NCBI GenBank assembly: GCA_964474445.1
Contig: CAYYSJ010000001.1
Span: 14,530-78,529, forward strand
DNA from: an uncultured Gammaproteobacteria bacterium
Lineage (GTDB): Bacteria > Patescibacteriota > Microgenomatia > Levybacterales > UBA12049
Reading direction: 5' to 3'
Length of the DNA stretch: 64,000 nt
Below the pieces are notes generated by a model. That model ran no database searches and was not told where the DNA came from. It saw only the letters and a list, made by a program, of their open reading frames with translations. Of the stretch, positions 22,679 through 32,893 are shown in pieces (position 1 is the first letter of the stretch; each line of letters begins with the position of its first letter). The translations under genes and the position numbers were made by a program.

Positions 22679-23286
22679 TAAAACGTTCATTTGCAAGTAT
22701 TACCCTAGGTCTTACCAGCTTTCTTTTTCTTGCAGCTCCTGCCTTTGCTCATGTAGTCGTTACTCCCAAGCAAGTCGGTATTGCTCAGACACAAGTATTT
22801 GATATGAGTGTCCCAACTGAAAAGAATAATCCCACAGTTGGAGTTAAATTATTAATTCCTGCATGGATTCGTGGTGATGTCATGCCAAATGTGAAACCAG
22901 GATGGACAATCACTGTCGTAAAAGATGGGGACGTTATAAAAGAAATTGACTGGACAGGTGGAACGATTCCTCCAGGACAAAGGGATGATTTTTTCTTTCA
23001 AACACAGGCGCCAAGTACTGAAGTAACCCTCAAGTGGAAAGCGATCCAGATGTATCAAGACGGGAGTACCGTTGAGTGGACTCATGATCCAACAAGTAAT
23101 CCTGAAGATGATTCTGCTCCACCTCCCTATTCAACCACAAAAGTGGTCAATGATCTAAAAGGTCCAAATCTATCACTGAAAGAGAGGATAAAGAATAAAC
23201 TGCCTTTGGCAATCAGTTTTGCTGCTCTTGCATTCTCTGTCTTAGCCTTAGGAATATCGATACAAAAAAAGAGACAACATCAGTAA
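22675..23286 (+). CDS. YcnI-like (DUF1775) copper-binding protein, C-terminally membrane-anchored
   Basis: Signal peptide ...AFA-HVVVTP; motifs VPTEKNNPTVGVKLLIP, GWT..V, FFFQTQAP and YQDGSTVEWTHD match B. subtilis YcnI (AHVSVKP, VPSEKN.PT, YKDGSIVEWTGD); C-terminal TM plus KKRQ tail. Confidence 0.7.
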   Translation: MIKRSFASITLGLTSFLFLAAPAFAHVVVTPKQVGIAQTQVFDMSVPTEKNNPTVGVKLLIPAWIRGDVMPNVKPGWTITVVKDGDVIKEIDWTGGTIPPGQRDDFFFQTQAPSTEVTLKWKAIQMYQDGSTVEWTHDPTSNPEDDSAPPPYSTTKVVNDLKGPNLSLKERIKNKLPLAISFAALAFSVLALGISIQKKRQHQ

Positions 23287-23305
23287 ATGGTCCTTCTTCT
23301 AACTC

Positions 23306-24934
23306 ATGAGAAAGCATCCGCTTATCTATTCACTCTTACTCTTCTTGTTTGGACTGCTTTTTTCTGTGTTTCCTCACATGGTATATGCTGATCCAGGAGG
23401 ACTCAACCCATTTTTAGCCATCAATGGGAGTTATGAACTCCTCTATCCTATTTCAATCTCCTCTCTCCCCTATACAACCTTTCCTGTTCCGCTCTACTCT
23501 GCACATGACAACTACCTTATCAACCAGCCGTTAACATTTTCTCTTGATACAAATCTCATGCCTGTGAGTAAAGAAGATCTTCCCAATGCACAATTTGAAT
23601 GGGATTTTGGTGATGGAACAAAAGGAGAAGGACTTCAGAATACGCATACGTACACAAAAATGGGTTCATACATCATGACTATTCGCATTAAAAATGCACC
23701 TCACTATGTTCCACTTACCTCTGCTGATCAAAGCATCCCTTTTAACGCCGTTCTTATTGCGATTCTTCCTTATCCTTCTTATCAACTGCCCCAAGCAGTT
23801 ATACAACTCAATCAGCAAACACTCCCTGATCCCCTCACAAATTCTCTTACCTTTGATTTTACGAAAGGGTGGCTATTTGATGCTTCTGTATCAAAACAAG
23901 GTTCTGCCCCTCTTGTCTCATATTTTTGGGATTTTGGTGACCAAACATCAAGTACAGAAGCAACAGTGCATCACACATTAAAGCCAAATGACCAAATAGT
24001 CAGTCAAACCTTTCCTGTCCTCAGAGTAGTAGATGCCAATGGGTTTATTTCTGATACCTATGTTACGGTTAATAATACTGCCTACAGTCCACGTGGTCTT
24101 CTTTTTAAACGTGCAGTAAAATCTGCGAATCAACAGCAAAATAATCAAAATGTCCTTGTTACCCTTTCAACGAGGTTCAATGATTTCCTGAAGCGCCTTA
24201 CGGTACAGATTTTTGCGAACAACAAGATAGATTTGGTTCTCTTGGGAGTAGTTGTCTTTTTTGCTTTTTTTGCCGGAAGTTTGCATGCACTTACTCCAGG
24301 TCATGGGAAAAGTATGATGGCAGCATTTCTTATTGGGAGAGGGAAAAGTAGAATTTTTGATGTTCTTATTCTTGCTGCGTCAATCACCTTTGCTCATACA
24401 TTTGTTATTTATCTTCTTGGTTTTACTCTTCTTTTTCTCACAAATCATTTGGTAGTAAATAGAATTCTTCCCTATTTTGATAAAGCAAGTGCTATTGCTG
24501 TTGCGATTCTTGCCCTAAGCCTTATCTATAAGGGATGGAAAAATTACAAACATGCATGGGATCATGCTCATGACCATGAACATTCTCACTCTCACCACCA
24601 TCATGATGATAATAATAAACATCACTACTTAGGAAATAGAATTCTTGAACTTATTTTTGCTGGGGTAAGCGGAGGACTCACTCCCTGTATTGATGCACTT
24701 GCATTACTACTACTTGCCGTCAGTATTAACCAGATAGGCTTTGGACTTTTTATTATTTTTATTTTTAGTCTTGGTCTATCAGGATGTATTATCCTTCTTG
24801 GAACACTTGTTGTGCTGGGTAAAAATACATTACAACTTGAGAAACGGTTTGGAAATACTGCAGATATCTATGGACCACTCCTTGCCGGCATATTTATTCT
24901 TTTTTTGAGTATCAATATCTTTTTGACAAAATAA
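23306..24934 (+). CDS. fusion protein: extracytoplasmic PKD-like domains + RcnA/NicO-type nickel/cobalt efflux permease
   Basis: Signal peptide; two PKD signatures (FEWDFGDGT, YFWDFGDQT). C-terminal half matches E. coli RcnA: HALTPGHGKSMMAAFLIG vs HGLEPGHSKTMMAAFII, His-rich loop HAWDHAHDHEHSHSHHHHDD, and VSGGLTPCIDALALLLLAV vs LTGGLIPCPAAITVLLI. Confidence 0.7.
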   Translation: MRKHPLIYSLLLFLFGLLFSVFPHMVYADPGGLNPFLAINGSYELLYPISISSLPYTTFPVPLYSAHDNYLINQPLTFSLDTNLMPVSKEDLPNAQFEWDFGDGTKGEGLQNTHTYTKMGSYIMTIRIKNAPHYVPLTSADQSIPFNAVLIAILPYPSYQLPQAVIQLNQQTLPDPLTNSLTFDFTKGWLFDASVSKQGSAPLVSYFWDFGDQTSSTEATVHHTLKPNDQIVSQTFPVLRVVDANGFISDTYVTVNNTAYSPRGLLFKRAVKSANQQQNNQNVLVTLSTRFNDFLKRLTVQIFANNKIDLVLLGVVVFFAFFAGSLHALTPGHGKSMMAAFLIGRGKSRIFDVLILAASITFAHTFVIYLLGFTLLFLTNHLVVNRILPYFDKASAIAVAILALSLIYKGWKNYKHAWDHAHDHEHSHSHHHHDDNNKHHYLGNRILELIFAGVSGGLTPCIDALALLLLAVSINQIGFGLFIIFIFSLGLSGCIILLGTLVVLGKNTLQLEKRFGNTADIYGPLLAGIFILFLSINIFLTK

Positions 24935-25039
24935 TTTACGGGTGAAGTGGCACAGTATCTGAAATGTTTTCTTGGTTTGGGTATTCTTTATCGAGTCGCT
25001 CAATCTCTCCCTTGTCTATTTGCCAACCAATTGTCCCAG

Positions 25040-26161
25040 CTATCTCTTACTTTGATTGCGTTTCACGTTTCTTTTTATTATTCTCCAGGGAGTACTTCTC
25101 CATGCTTCTTCAGTATGAGTAGTAGGAATAAATGGTGGAATGGGCATAAGAAAAAAATCAGAAAGAGCTTGCAAATATGGTTCATACAGACTACGAAGCT
25201 CTTTTATCTGCCTGTCTACCTGCATGCCTTGGGCTAGAATAACCCCTTCTCTCCTGAGGATCTCTCGAAGTGTTTTTACATCTCTCTCAGACAATCTCTC
25301 TCTGGGAGAATAATGAGGGGTGAGGCTAAATACTTGTGTTAAGTCAACAACAGCGTGACGTGCTATTGCAAAGGTAAGTTGCGCTTGATGCTTGGGAATT
25401 CCATCAATTCCTATAGAAATAAGTGCTGAGACATCAAGTATCAATGTGATGGCAGAAATCCAAGACTGATGCTCGTGCGGGGAACGGTAATAGCCAAGTA
25501 TTGGATAAGAGAGATGTGTTTCCAACAATTCAGCAGCCCATATCTCCCAGTTTTCAAGTAATTTAATTAGTCCCTGTTTTGTCTCTTTGCCACAATATGT
25601 CCTCAATAATAACAAAGCACTCGGAGGAGATCCTGCGCGTGCATCAAGCAAAGTAACTTGTATTTCTCTGCGGGAAAATGCTTGATAGAGTATTGGTAAA
25701 TATCCAATGATTACTGCTAAAAATGTGAATCCAGTCCCTGCTTCAATAACAAATGACGTTCTCCCAATGTATTTTGCAGGATAGATATCGCCAAGTCCTA
25801 AGGTAAAAAATGTTGTCCCACTTGCATACAAATAGGTTACAAAATCTTTTGTCCCACTCGTTATTATTTCAATGCCTGCTCCATAATTAAAAAGCGCAAA
25901 ACCGATAATAAGGCCAGTTGCCCAAAAGATTAAAAGCAAAATAAGTGAAAGAGGACCGTAAAATGCCAGGTACGTTTCTCGTAGGGTTTCTGAATGAAGA
26001 AATGTTGTAAATCTTGACCAAGGAATCCATGTTATTCTGTAGAATCCCCGTGCCAGGCGAAATCGACGACTAACTCTTCTTGGCAAAACAACTGTTTCGA
26101 AAGCATCCCAGATGATTGCGAAAATAATACCAATACCAAGGAACGCGAGTAGGAACATCAT
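25040..26161 (-). CDS. two-TM potassium-channel-like protein with atypical filter TLGLGD and a cytoplasmic C-terminal domain
   Basis: TM1 - pore helix - GTTFFTLGLGDIYP (T-x-G-x-G-D selectivity-filter pattern) - TM2 architecture; 373 aa. Confidence 0.5.
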   Translation of the reverse strand: MMFLLAFLGIGIIFAIIWDAFETVVLPRRVSRRFRLARGFYRITWIPWSRFTTFLHSETLRETYLAFYGPLSLILLLIFWATGLIIGFALFNYGAGIEIITSGTKDFVTYLYASGTTFFTLGLGDIYPAKYIGRTSFVIEAGTGFTFLAVIIGYLPILYQAFSRREIQVTLLDARAGSPPSALLLLRTYCGKETKQGLIKLLENWEIWAAELLETHLSYPILGYYRSPHEHQSWISAITLILDVSALISIGIDGIPKHQAQLTFAIARHAVVDLTQVFSLTPHYSPRERLSERDVKTLREILRREGVILAQGMQVDRQIKELRSLYEPYLQALSDFFLMPIPPFIPTTHTEEAWRSTPWRIIKRNVKRNQSKR

Positions 26162-26236
26162 AAAAAAGTTAACTGTTTTTCTCCCATTTTATATGTAGTG
26201 TGAAGGTATGTCCAGGAAAGAAAATCACTATATCGA

Positions 26237-27385
26237 CTATTCTTTAGTTTCAATGATAAGCTCTTCGATATTATTGTTTAATCTCTCAAAATCAGTCAGT
26301 AATGCCCCTCGTATAACAAGTTGATTTGTAAACATCGCTGATGACGTTGGTCTTTTTGTTTCAAATGCTTGTGTATCCCCGATCAGGGTTTTCTGGTATA
26401 TCATAATTCTCTTTGTTATTTTTTCTAATGATACAGAAGATTGTTTCGTTTCCTCTGCATCTGTTTTAGCACGTACATTTTTACTGAATGTTGTAACTAT
26501 TGTTGCTAATTCTTTTAATACAACGGCATACTCCGTAACCCATTTCTGCTTGTTACTCATTTCTCCCCAATTTGGTTTTGCTTCACTGACAGTATAGGCA
26601 ATTCTTCTCAATTTTCTCACGATTTTATCTACTGTCAGTAATTTTTCTGGATAGTTATCGATGAGTTCTTTTGCATTCAATGACCAAGGACTTAAATGCG
26701 TACTATCTAATGCGAGTATGAGTTTTTGTTCTGTATTTTTGAGGTCCTTTTCTAATTTTCTTACACCAGCATATACTTCTTTGTTTTTTTCAACATCTTT
26801 TGACTCAATTGCTTTGGCTACTTGATTCATGATATCGGCAACTTGCCGAAGGGATTTACGAAATGCCTCTTGTGCTTTTGATACGTATATAGGAGGAGAG
26901 ATGATGATACTCACAAGGACACCAGTAATAGCACCAATAACTGCTCCTAATGTACGAAGTAATGGATAATTCCCCCTTGTTGTTACTAATATAAGTGCTA
27001 ACCCCGCACTAATTGGCATTTGTGTTGCAAGGTATGGTCCTTTTTCTTTCACAAATATTCCTAAAAATTGCATAAAGAAAATAATTGCAATAACTGTCCA
27101 AACATGGAGTCCAAAAAAGTGGATAGCAAGTACTGCGAAACTTACTCCACATGCAACTGCGATTATTCTCTCAATCCCTTTTCGTAGTGTCTGTCGTGTC
27201 GTCAATTGTGTAATAACAATTGCAGAAACAACGGAAAAAGACGCAGCATCTTGTCCAAAAAATGTCATTGCTATTTCCCAGGCAATACCAGCAGCTAAGG
27301 CACTTTTAACTGCATAAATGAGTGAGGCAGATTTTCCATTAATAAAATCGATAAGTTTTTCTTGTAATGTTTGGAGTATAACCAT
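26237..27385 (-). CDS. FUSC/ArAE (aromatic acid exporter, YgaE/DUF939-like) family membrane protein
   Basis: N-terminal 5-6 TM region (AAGIAWEIAMTFFG..., AVACGVSFAVLAIHFFG...) plus a long C-terminal coiled-coil cytoplasmic domain, typical of this family. Confidence 0.45.
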   Translation of the reverse strand: MVILQTLQEKLIDFINGKSASLIYAVKSALAAGIAWEIAMTFFGQDAASFSVVSAIVITQLTTRQTLRKGIERIIAVACGVSFAVLAIHFFGLHVWTVIAIIFFMQFLGIFVKEKGPYLATQMPISAGLALILVTTRGNYPLLRTLGAVIGAITGVLVSIIISPPIYVSKAQEAFRKSLRQVADIMNQVAKAIESKDVEKNKEVYAGVRKLEKDLKNTEQKLILALDSTHLSPWSLNAKELIDNYPEKLLTVDKIVRKLRRIAYTVSEAKPNWGEMSNKQKWVTEYAVVLKELATIVTTFSKNVRAKTDAEETKQSSVSLEKITKRIMIYQKTLIGDTQAFETKRPTSSAMFTNQLVIRGALLTDFERLNNNIEELIIETKE

Positions 27386-27507
27386 AGTAACAACTTTACT
27401 GACAAAAAGTTTTTTGAGAACTTAACAGAGGGATATAGTAAAAGTATATCATATGGAGCACAATTTGTTGAGATCCTGTATCTGAAACATAAAGGAGATG
27501 TTCTTTT

Positions 27508-28095
27508 TTATACCACTGCTTCTGCCGCATACATTTCATTCCAATACGTTGATGGAACTTTTTCCAAAAGCCTTGGCTCTTGAAATCCAGATTCTTGGGA
27601 TAGTTCAATAAATTTTTCAAATGATACTGGATATGGAACCCATGGATTCCCCGAATTGGTATTATATTCAACCAATATCAATTCCCCTTTTGGTTTGAGA
27701 TAGTTTTTTATCTTTTGTAAAAACACAACTTGGTCTTTTACATAATGGAGAGAATTGGCCATCACAATTCCATCAAGTAGAGGAAGGTTCAAAGCCTTTG
27801 TAAAATCAGCATGAAGAAAATGGATGGTAGTGTCAGGAAACATTGTATCAAAGTTTTCTTTTTGTCTCTGTAGACGGTTGTTGTCTTTATCAACAGAATA
27901 GATTTCACTTTTGTCTCCTGCAAGGTCTCGAAGTGCCAGAGTAAATGCTCCATCTCCAGATCCCAAATCTGCCCAGAGTCCTCCTTTTTTTGTCACTGCT
28001 TTTTTTATCAGGTGTATATGATCGCTATGCTGCACGATGTGTATCATACCCCTCTCTATTCCATAAAACAACAAAAAAGGTACATAAAAATACAT
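27508..28095 (-). CDS. class I SAM-dependent methyltransferase
   Basis: Motif I LWADLGSGDGAFTLAL, then acidic motif II SVDKDNNRL; 195 aa (real start possibly the Met at ~28047). Confidence 0.7.
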   Translation of the reverse strand: MYFYVPFLLFYGIERGMIHIVQHSDHIHLIKKAVTKKGGLWADLGSGDGAFTLALRDLAGDKSEIYSVDKDNNRLQRQKENFDTMFPDTTIHFLHADFTKALNLPLLDGIVMANSLHYVKDQVVFLQKIKNYLKPKGELILVEYNTNSGNPWVPYPVSFEKFIELSQESGFQEPRLLEKVPSTYWNEMYAAEAVV

Positions 28096-28640
28096 GTGAT
28101 TAGGAGTGATATAATAGATCTGATGTTACGAATATTCCTTCTGGTATCGGCAGTACTTGTTCTTCTTGGAGGAGTTGTTGGGATCCAACAATTTTTCACT
28201 GTCAGAAGAGCACATAGTTCATTTGAAAATTATTACGCTTTCAGAGGATGTACGCAACTTCTTCAAAAGACAGCAACATCTGCTACCTGTAAAATTCAAT
28301 CTGGTAAAGTTATCAAAATGGTCAATCTAAAAGGAAAATGGTACTTGGACGGAGATTTGCCTGTTTGCTATTTTACCTTCTGCTTATAATTTTTTAGTAA
28401 TCTCAAAAAATGAAGAAAAATTATCAAATATTCTATTCAACAATCCTTGTCACTTCCTTATAGTAATAGCATTCTCCAGATGAGTGGTTGCTTGGTCGCT
28501 TGTCTTTATATATTTTTATTACAAACAGAAATTACGCAGTATGGTTAAATAGTTATTCACAACTAAAGAGATAATTTTTATTCTGCTTCTTTTGATCTTA
28601 TTCTAATTTTTTATCTGTTCCAGCAGAAAGATTTTATCTG

Positions 28641-30641
28641 ATGATTATTACTCGAGATACTACAACATTGTTGCAGGATAGTGTTCTTATGGGGATACTG
28701 CTTGCATTATCCATTTTCCTTATAAATTTTTACTTTTCTGCAAACTACCTGAATACTAACTATCCTGATTGGATTGTGCATGCGTTTCGAATTAAGGCAC
28801 TGGAAAATGATGGCCTTGCATCCTGGACTCATGTGTGGTCAAATGGCATCAGTCTTTGGAAATCATATCAATTTGTTCCTCATCTTATCACTCTTGGTGT
28901 TATAAAACTGTTTCATCTTTCTATCCCCCGCGGAATGGTTGTCATGACCATAGGATTGTTTATTCTGCTTCGTTTTCTTATTTACGCAACTATGCGATTT
29001 CTTCATTTTTCCCCAACGACTGCATTTATTTCAGCAATCCTTTCTTTTGATATAGCACAGTATTGGGGAGGTGTTGGAGATTTTTCACTGTTATTCGGAT
29101 TTTCATTTTTCCCACTCATTGCTTTTCTCTGGGTAAAATACTATCAAGGCAACATTCAATATCTCTTCCCCTACATTGTTGGAGTATCCTTTTATGTCCA
29201 TCCAATTTTAGGTTATTCCTCTATCGCCCTTTGGCTTACGGCAGTGATTTTTTCTCATAGGAAACTTCTCTCGCTTCCGATCTTGTTGCAAGGAATGATT
29301 ATTCTTGCATCCTCATCAATATTTTGGTTTCCTTTGGTTTTTAAAACGTCCTATTCGTATACCAGTCTTGTTTTTGCAAATAAATATTTTTTGGGATTAG
29401 TTCTTTCTGGATATAAATATTTTGGGTTAAGTATTTTCCTTCTTTTTTGTCTTGCTATTGCTTTTGTTCGCTCTTTTATGCCAATGAAAAGTGAATATCG
29501 GTGGAGTAAACCATTTTATATTTTTGTGTTGTTATATTTTGCACTTATTGTTGTTGGAATAACTATTGACTTACCAACAGCCATTGCACAGCTGCAATTT
29601 ACCAGAGGTGCAGGACTCGTAGGACTCGCAATTATTTATGCATTTGCACCGGTTATTGAGAATGTGACAAGAATTCAAAGCCTTGCACTTAAATCGCTTC
29701 TTCTCTTTGTCTCATCTTTAGCACTCATTGAAGGAATTTGGTTTACCAGTCAGTATTCTCCTGCTGTTGGTAAAACATTCTCTGAGCCAATCACTGCATT
29801 TATGAAAACATATCCAACAAATGATATTGCGAATAGACGAGTCTGGTCAGCAGACATTGGATTATCAAGTTATCTCCCTCCAATTTCTGTCCGTCTTCCT
29901 TACTCTTACATGGGACATTTGGATGCAAACCAAATTTCTCCACGTATATCACCACTCGTGTTATACCAACCATACTTAGACCAAATTCCACAAGCAAATA
30001 TGGCACGACTCACAGACTATTTCAAAATAAGTGGAGTACAATATGCACTCTTTGATGAGAATTCACCCTTCACGAAAACAATCAGTACACAAAACCAAAC
30101 ACAATATAAAGATTTAGGAATGGTGCATGATGCTGGAAGTAATTACCATGCATTTGAAGTACTCTGGCAACCACGAGATGCTGCACTCATTGATTCGTCT
30201 CTGTCACATGGTCTTTCACACTTTCCTTTTAAATTGGAATTAACAGATGTTAATGATCAGATTTCTCTTGATGATTATGTCAAAAAATTTGTCACTGTTG
30301 TCTATGATGATCGGAATAAACCATTACCTATTGCATATCCAAAAGCAACCATGCTTGAAGTTGCAATTCCTTCTTCCCGACAATCAAACCTCGTCTATAT
30401 TGCAGAAAGTTTTGATAGCAACTGGTATGCATATTTTAATAACAAGCCTGTTCCTCTTAAATCAGTCGGCCCAAACTTTATGCTTGCTTCTTTACCGAAT
30501 ATGTCTGAAAAAGGAACACTCCTTCTCACACATCGATGGCCGTTATCTTTCTATATTTCAGTTTTTCTTATTTTCCTTATTCCCCTTGAAATTTTTGTAC
30601 TACAGATGATGAGAAAGAAAGGAGTTTATGAAAAACATTAA
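28641..30641 (+). CDS. large polytopic membrane protein (>=12 TM) with C-terminal extracytoplasmic domain; possible GT-C/YfhO-like polysaccharide-assembly protein
   Basis: 666-aa ORF, highly hydrophobic N-terminal two-thirds; first gene of a 4-gene cluster (14-nt overlap with the GT2 gene). Confidence 0.45.
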   Translation: MIITRDTTTLLQDSVLMGILLALSIFLINFYFSANYLNTNYPDWIVHAFRIKALENDGLASWTHVWSNGISLWKSYQFVPHLITLGVIKLFHLSIPRGMVVMTIGLFILLRFLIYATMRFLHFSPTTAFISAILSFDIAQYWGGVGDFSLLFGFSFFPLIAFLWVKYYQGNIQYLFPYIVGVSFYVHPILGYSSIALWLTAVIFSHRKLLSLPILLQGMIILASSSIFWFPLVFKTSYSYTSLVFANKYFLGLVLSGYKYFGLSIFLLFCLAIAFVRSFMPMKSEYRWSKPFYIFVLLYFALIVVGITIDLPTAIAQLQFTRGAGLVGLAIIYAFAPVIENVTRIQSLALKSLLLFVSSLALIEGIWFTSQYSPAVGKTFSEPITAFMKTYPTNDIANRRVWSADIGLSSYLPPISVRLPYSYMGHLDANQISPRISPLVLYQPYLDQIPQANMARLTDYFKISGVQYALFDENSPFTKTISTQNQTQYKDLGMVHDAGSNYHAFEVLWQPRDAALIDSSLSHGLSHFPFKLELTDVNDQISLDDYVKKFVTVVYDDRNKPLPIAYPKATMLEVAIPSSRQSNLVYIAESFDSNWYAYFNNKPVPLKSVGPNFMLASLPNMSEKGTLLLTHRWPLSFYISVFLIFLIPLEIFVLQMMRKKGVYEKH

Positions 30642-32112
30642 AACAGGACGCATTCAAAATACCGCACTGCTTTTCTTACTCATTGCGCCATTTACCGTTA
30701 CCTATTATGCAACATATATTTTTAATCCTTCACATATAGGAAACATCTGGTTATATGTTTTACTCCTTCTTGCAGATGGCATTGTCATACTCAACGTTGG
30801 GACATTATGGTTAACAATTCTTCTTGATTTAGTCCAGCCTGAGTATCATAAAAGAGAACTGCAGTATCACAAAGAATGGATAGAAAATTACCAGATTTCT
30901 GTTGATGTATTTATTCCTGTATCCCAAGAGCCGGCACATATTATTGAACAAACAGTAAAAGCTGCTGCAACTATGGACTATCCACACCAAACATATGTTT
31001 TGGATGATGGAAGTTCAGAGGAAGTAAAACGATTAACAAAAGAGCTTGGGGCTACCTATCTTTCAAGATCAACTCAAGAAAAAGGGTATGCAAAATCGGG
31101 AAATCTAAATTATGGTCTAAAAGTAGGAAGAGGAGAATTTTTTGCTGTGTTTGACGCTGACCATGCACCTGAGAAATCTTTTCTCCTTGAGTTGTTACCA
31201 TTTTTTGAAAATAGCCAAGTTGCTCTTGTCCAAACTCCTCAAAAGTATGTCAACACAAAAAATTTTATTGCTGCTGGAACTTCTCAGGCACAGGAAATTT
31301 TCTATCGATATGTCCAACCTGCAAAAAATAGTTACAATGCGTCATTTTGTGTTGGGACAAACATGATCTTTCGAAGATCAGCAATTGATCAAATAGGAGG
31401 GATTGCAAAAATGGATCATTCAGAAGATATCTGGACAACGATTACATTACATGAGAAAGGATATGAAAGTGTGTTTTATAATAAAGTCCTTGCACATGGG
31501 CGTGCACCTGAGACAATTCCTTCTTTTTTCCGTCAGCAAAATCGATGGGCTCAGGGAGGATTTTCTTTGTTCTTTTCCCATAATCCCCTCTTTATTCAAG
31601 ATCTAACAATTGACCAAAGACTCCAATATTTTTTCTCAAATATTCATTATTTTACCGCCTTTTCTGTATTGATTTACTTAATTCTTCCATTGATCTATTT
31701 ATTGTTTGGGTATTATCCAATGAATCTTTCTCAAAGTAGTGATTGGCCAATACACTTTATTCCCTATTTCATTACGATTTACTTTTTACCGTTTTTCTTA
31801 TTAAAGAAAATCGCGATAGCAACCATGAGTACTGCATTTGCAAGTTTTTGGCCGTACATAGAAGCATTCTTTGCAACTGTTGTAAAAAGTAGATACACAT
31901 GGGTAGCAACCGAAACAAAGAAAAAAACGCAGGTGATTATTATGCGTTTTATCTGGCCACATGTATTTTTAATTGTTCTTTCTTTTTTAGCAATTTTTAT
32001 TGGGTGGTTGAATGTTGTGGATACAACAACAACATTTATGACAACAGGATGGGTATTAGTAAATACCTATTTACTTTTTGTCTTTATTCGACAGGGGGTG
32101 TCGGTCAGTTAA
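30628..32112 (+). CDS. processive family-2 glycosyltransferase (cellulose/curdlan/chitin-synthase-like beta-glycan synthase)
   Basis: DXD (VLDDGS), FDADH, TED-like HSEDIW and QxxRW (FFRQQNRWAQGGF) motifs; TM helices flank the catalytic domain. Confidence 0.8.
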   Translation: MKNIKTGRIQNTALLFLLIAPFTVTYYATYIFNPSHIGNIWLYVLLLLADGIVILNVGTLWLTILLDLVQPEYHKRELQYHKEWIENYQISVDVFIPVSQEPAHIIEQTVKAAATMDYPHQTYVLDDGSSEEVKRLTKELGATYLSRSTQEKGYAKSGNLNYGLKVGRGEFFAVFDADHAPEKSFLLELLPFFENSQVALVQTPQKYVNTKNFIAAGTSQAQEIFYRYVQPAKNSYNASFCVGTNMIFRRSAIDQIGGIAKMDHSEDIWTTITLHEKGYESVFYNKVLAHGRAPETIPSFFRQQNRWAQGGFSLFFSHNPLFIQDLTIDQRLQYFFSNIHYFTAFSVLIYLILPLIYLLFGYYPMNLSQSSDWPIHFIPYFITIYFLPFFLLKKIAIATMSTAFASFWPYIEAFFATVVKSRYTWVATETKKKTQVIIMRFIWPHVFLIVLSFLAIFIGWLNVVDTTTTFMTTGWVLVNTYLLFVFIRQGVSVS

Positions 32113-32113
32113 T

Positions 32114-32893
32114 ATGAAAAATCTCTTTACCTTATTTTTAAATATTATTTTCTTTTCCGTTGTGGTTATTGCTGCGTTTGCCGTGTCAACCATTGCGCTC
32201 ACAAAAAAAGTCAATGAATACAGAGCACAAACAGCAAAAGGTATTACAGCAACCGTTACCAAACAGCAACTTCCTATTGTTTCTTTCTCCTCAGGGTATG
32301 TCAAAAAAATTTATGTAAAAGAAGGAAAAGAAGTAAAGAAAAATGATTTACTTGTTGTCATTGATAACCCTGTTTTGAAAGGAAAAGTGTTGGCATTGCA
32401 AAATTATCCTGATAACGTATCTGCACAAACTGAAGCAAAAGTAGCAGAGGAAGAAATGAAAGGTTTGAATGTGTATGCACCAGTCGATGGATTTGTGAGT
32501 GATGTTTCCATTACCGAGGGATCCCCTATTGAAAATTTTTCAAAGTTAATGACTGTCTATTCAAATGAAAACGTTGAAGTACTTGCTGATTTAACTGATG
32601 ACCAGTATTTAGCAACACAGCAAATGCACGAAATAAAAGTATATAGCAAACGACTCAATCAAGATTTTGTTGTCGTACCGGATGTCTTACGACCTGACAC
32701 AAAAATGGGAAGTATGCAGACAAAACAAATTGGTCTGTACTTTATTTTCAAAGATCCCATTGCTGCAAAAAGCTTACTGAATAATGAAGATGTGCAACTT
32801 GAGTTGAATAACCAAAGTGACAATACACGAAAACCTATCGATGTCTTTGTTGATTTTTGGAACAGTCTTCTACTTGATAAGAAAAAACAATGA
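32114..32893 (+). CDS. membrane-fusion (HlyD/biotin-lipoyl-like) family protein with N-terminal TM anchor
   Basis: ATG at 32114 immediately after the GT2 stop; TM anchor then beta-rich domain (VKKIYVKEGKEVKKNDLLVVID ... GFVSDVSITEGSPIE), a hybrid-barrel-like pattern; 4-nt overlap with the downstream GH81 gene. Confidence 0.4.
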   Translation: MKNLFTLFLNIIFFSVVVIAAFAVSTIALTKKVNEYRAQTAKGITATVTKQQLPIVSFSSGYVKKIYVKEGKEVKKNDLLVVIDNPVLKGKVLALQNYPDNVSAQTEAKVAEEEMKGLNVYAPVDGFVSDVSITEGSPIENFSKLMTVYSNENVEVLADLTDDQYLATQQMHEIKVYSKRLNQDFVVVPDVLRPDTKMGSMQTKQIGLYFIFKDPIAAKSLLNNEDVQLELNNQSDNTRKPIDVFVDFWNSLLLDKKKQ

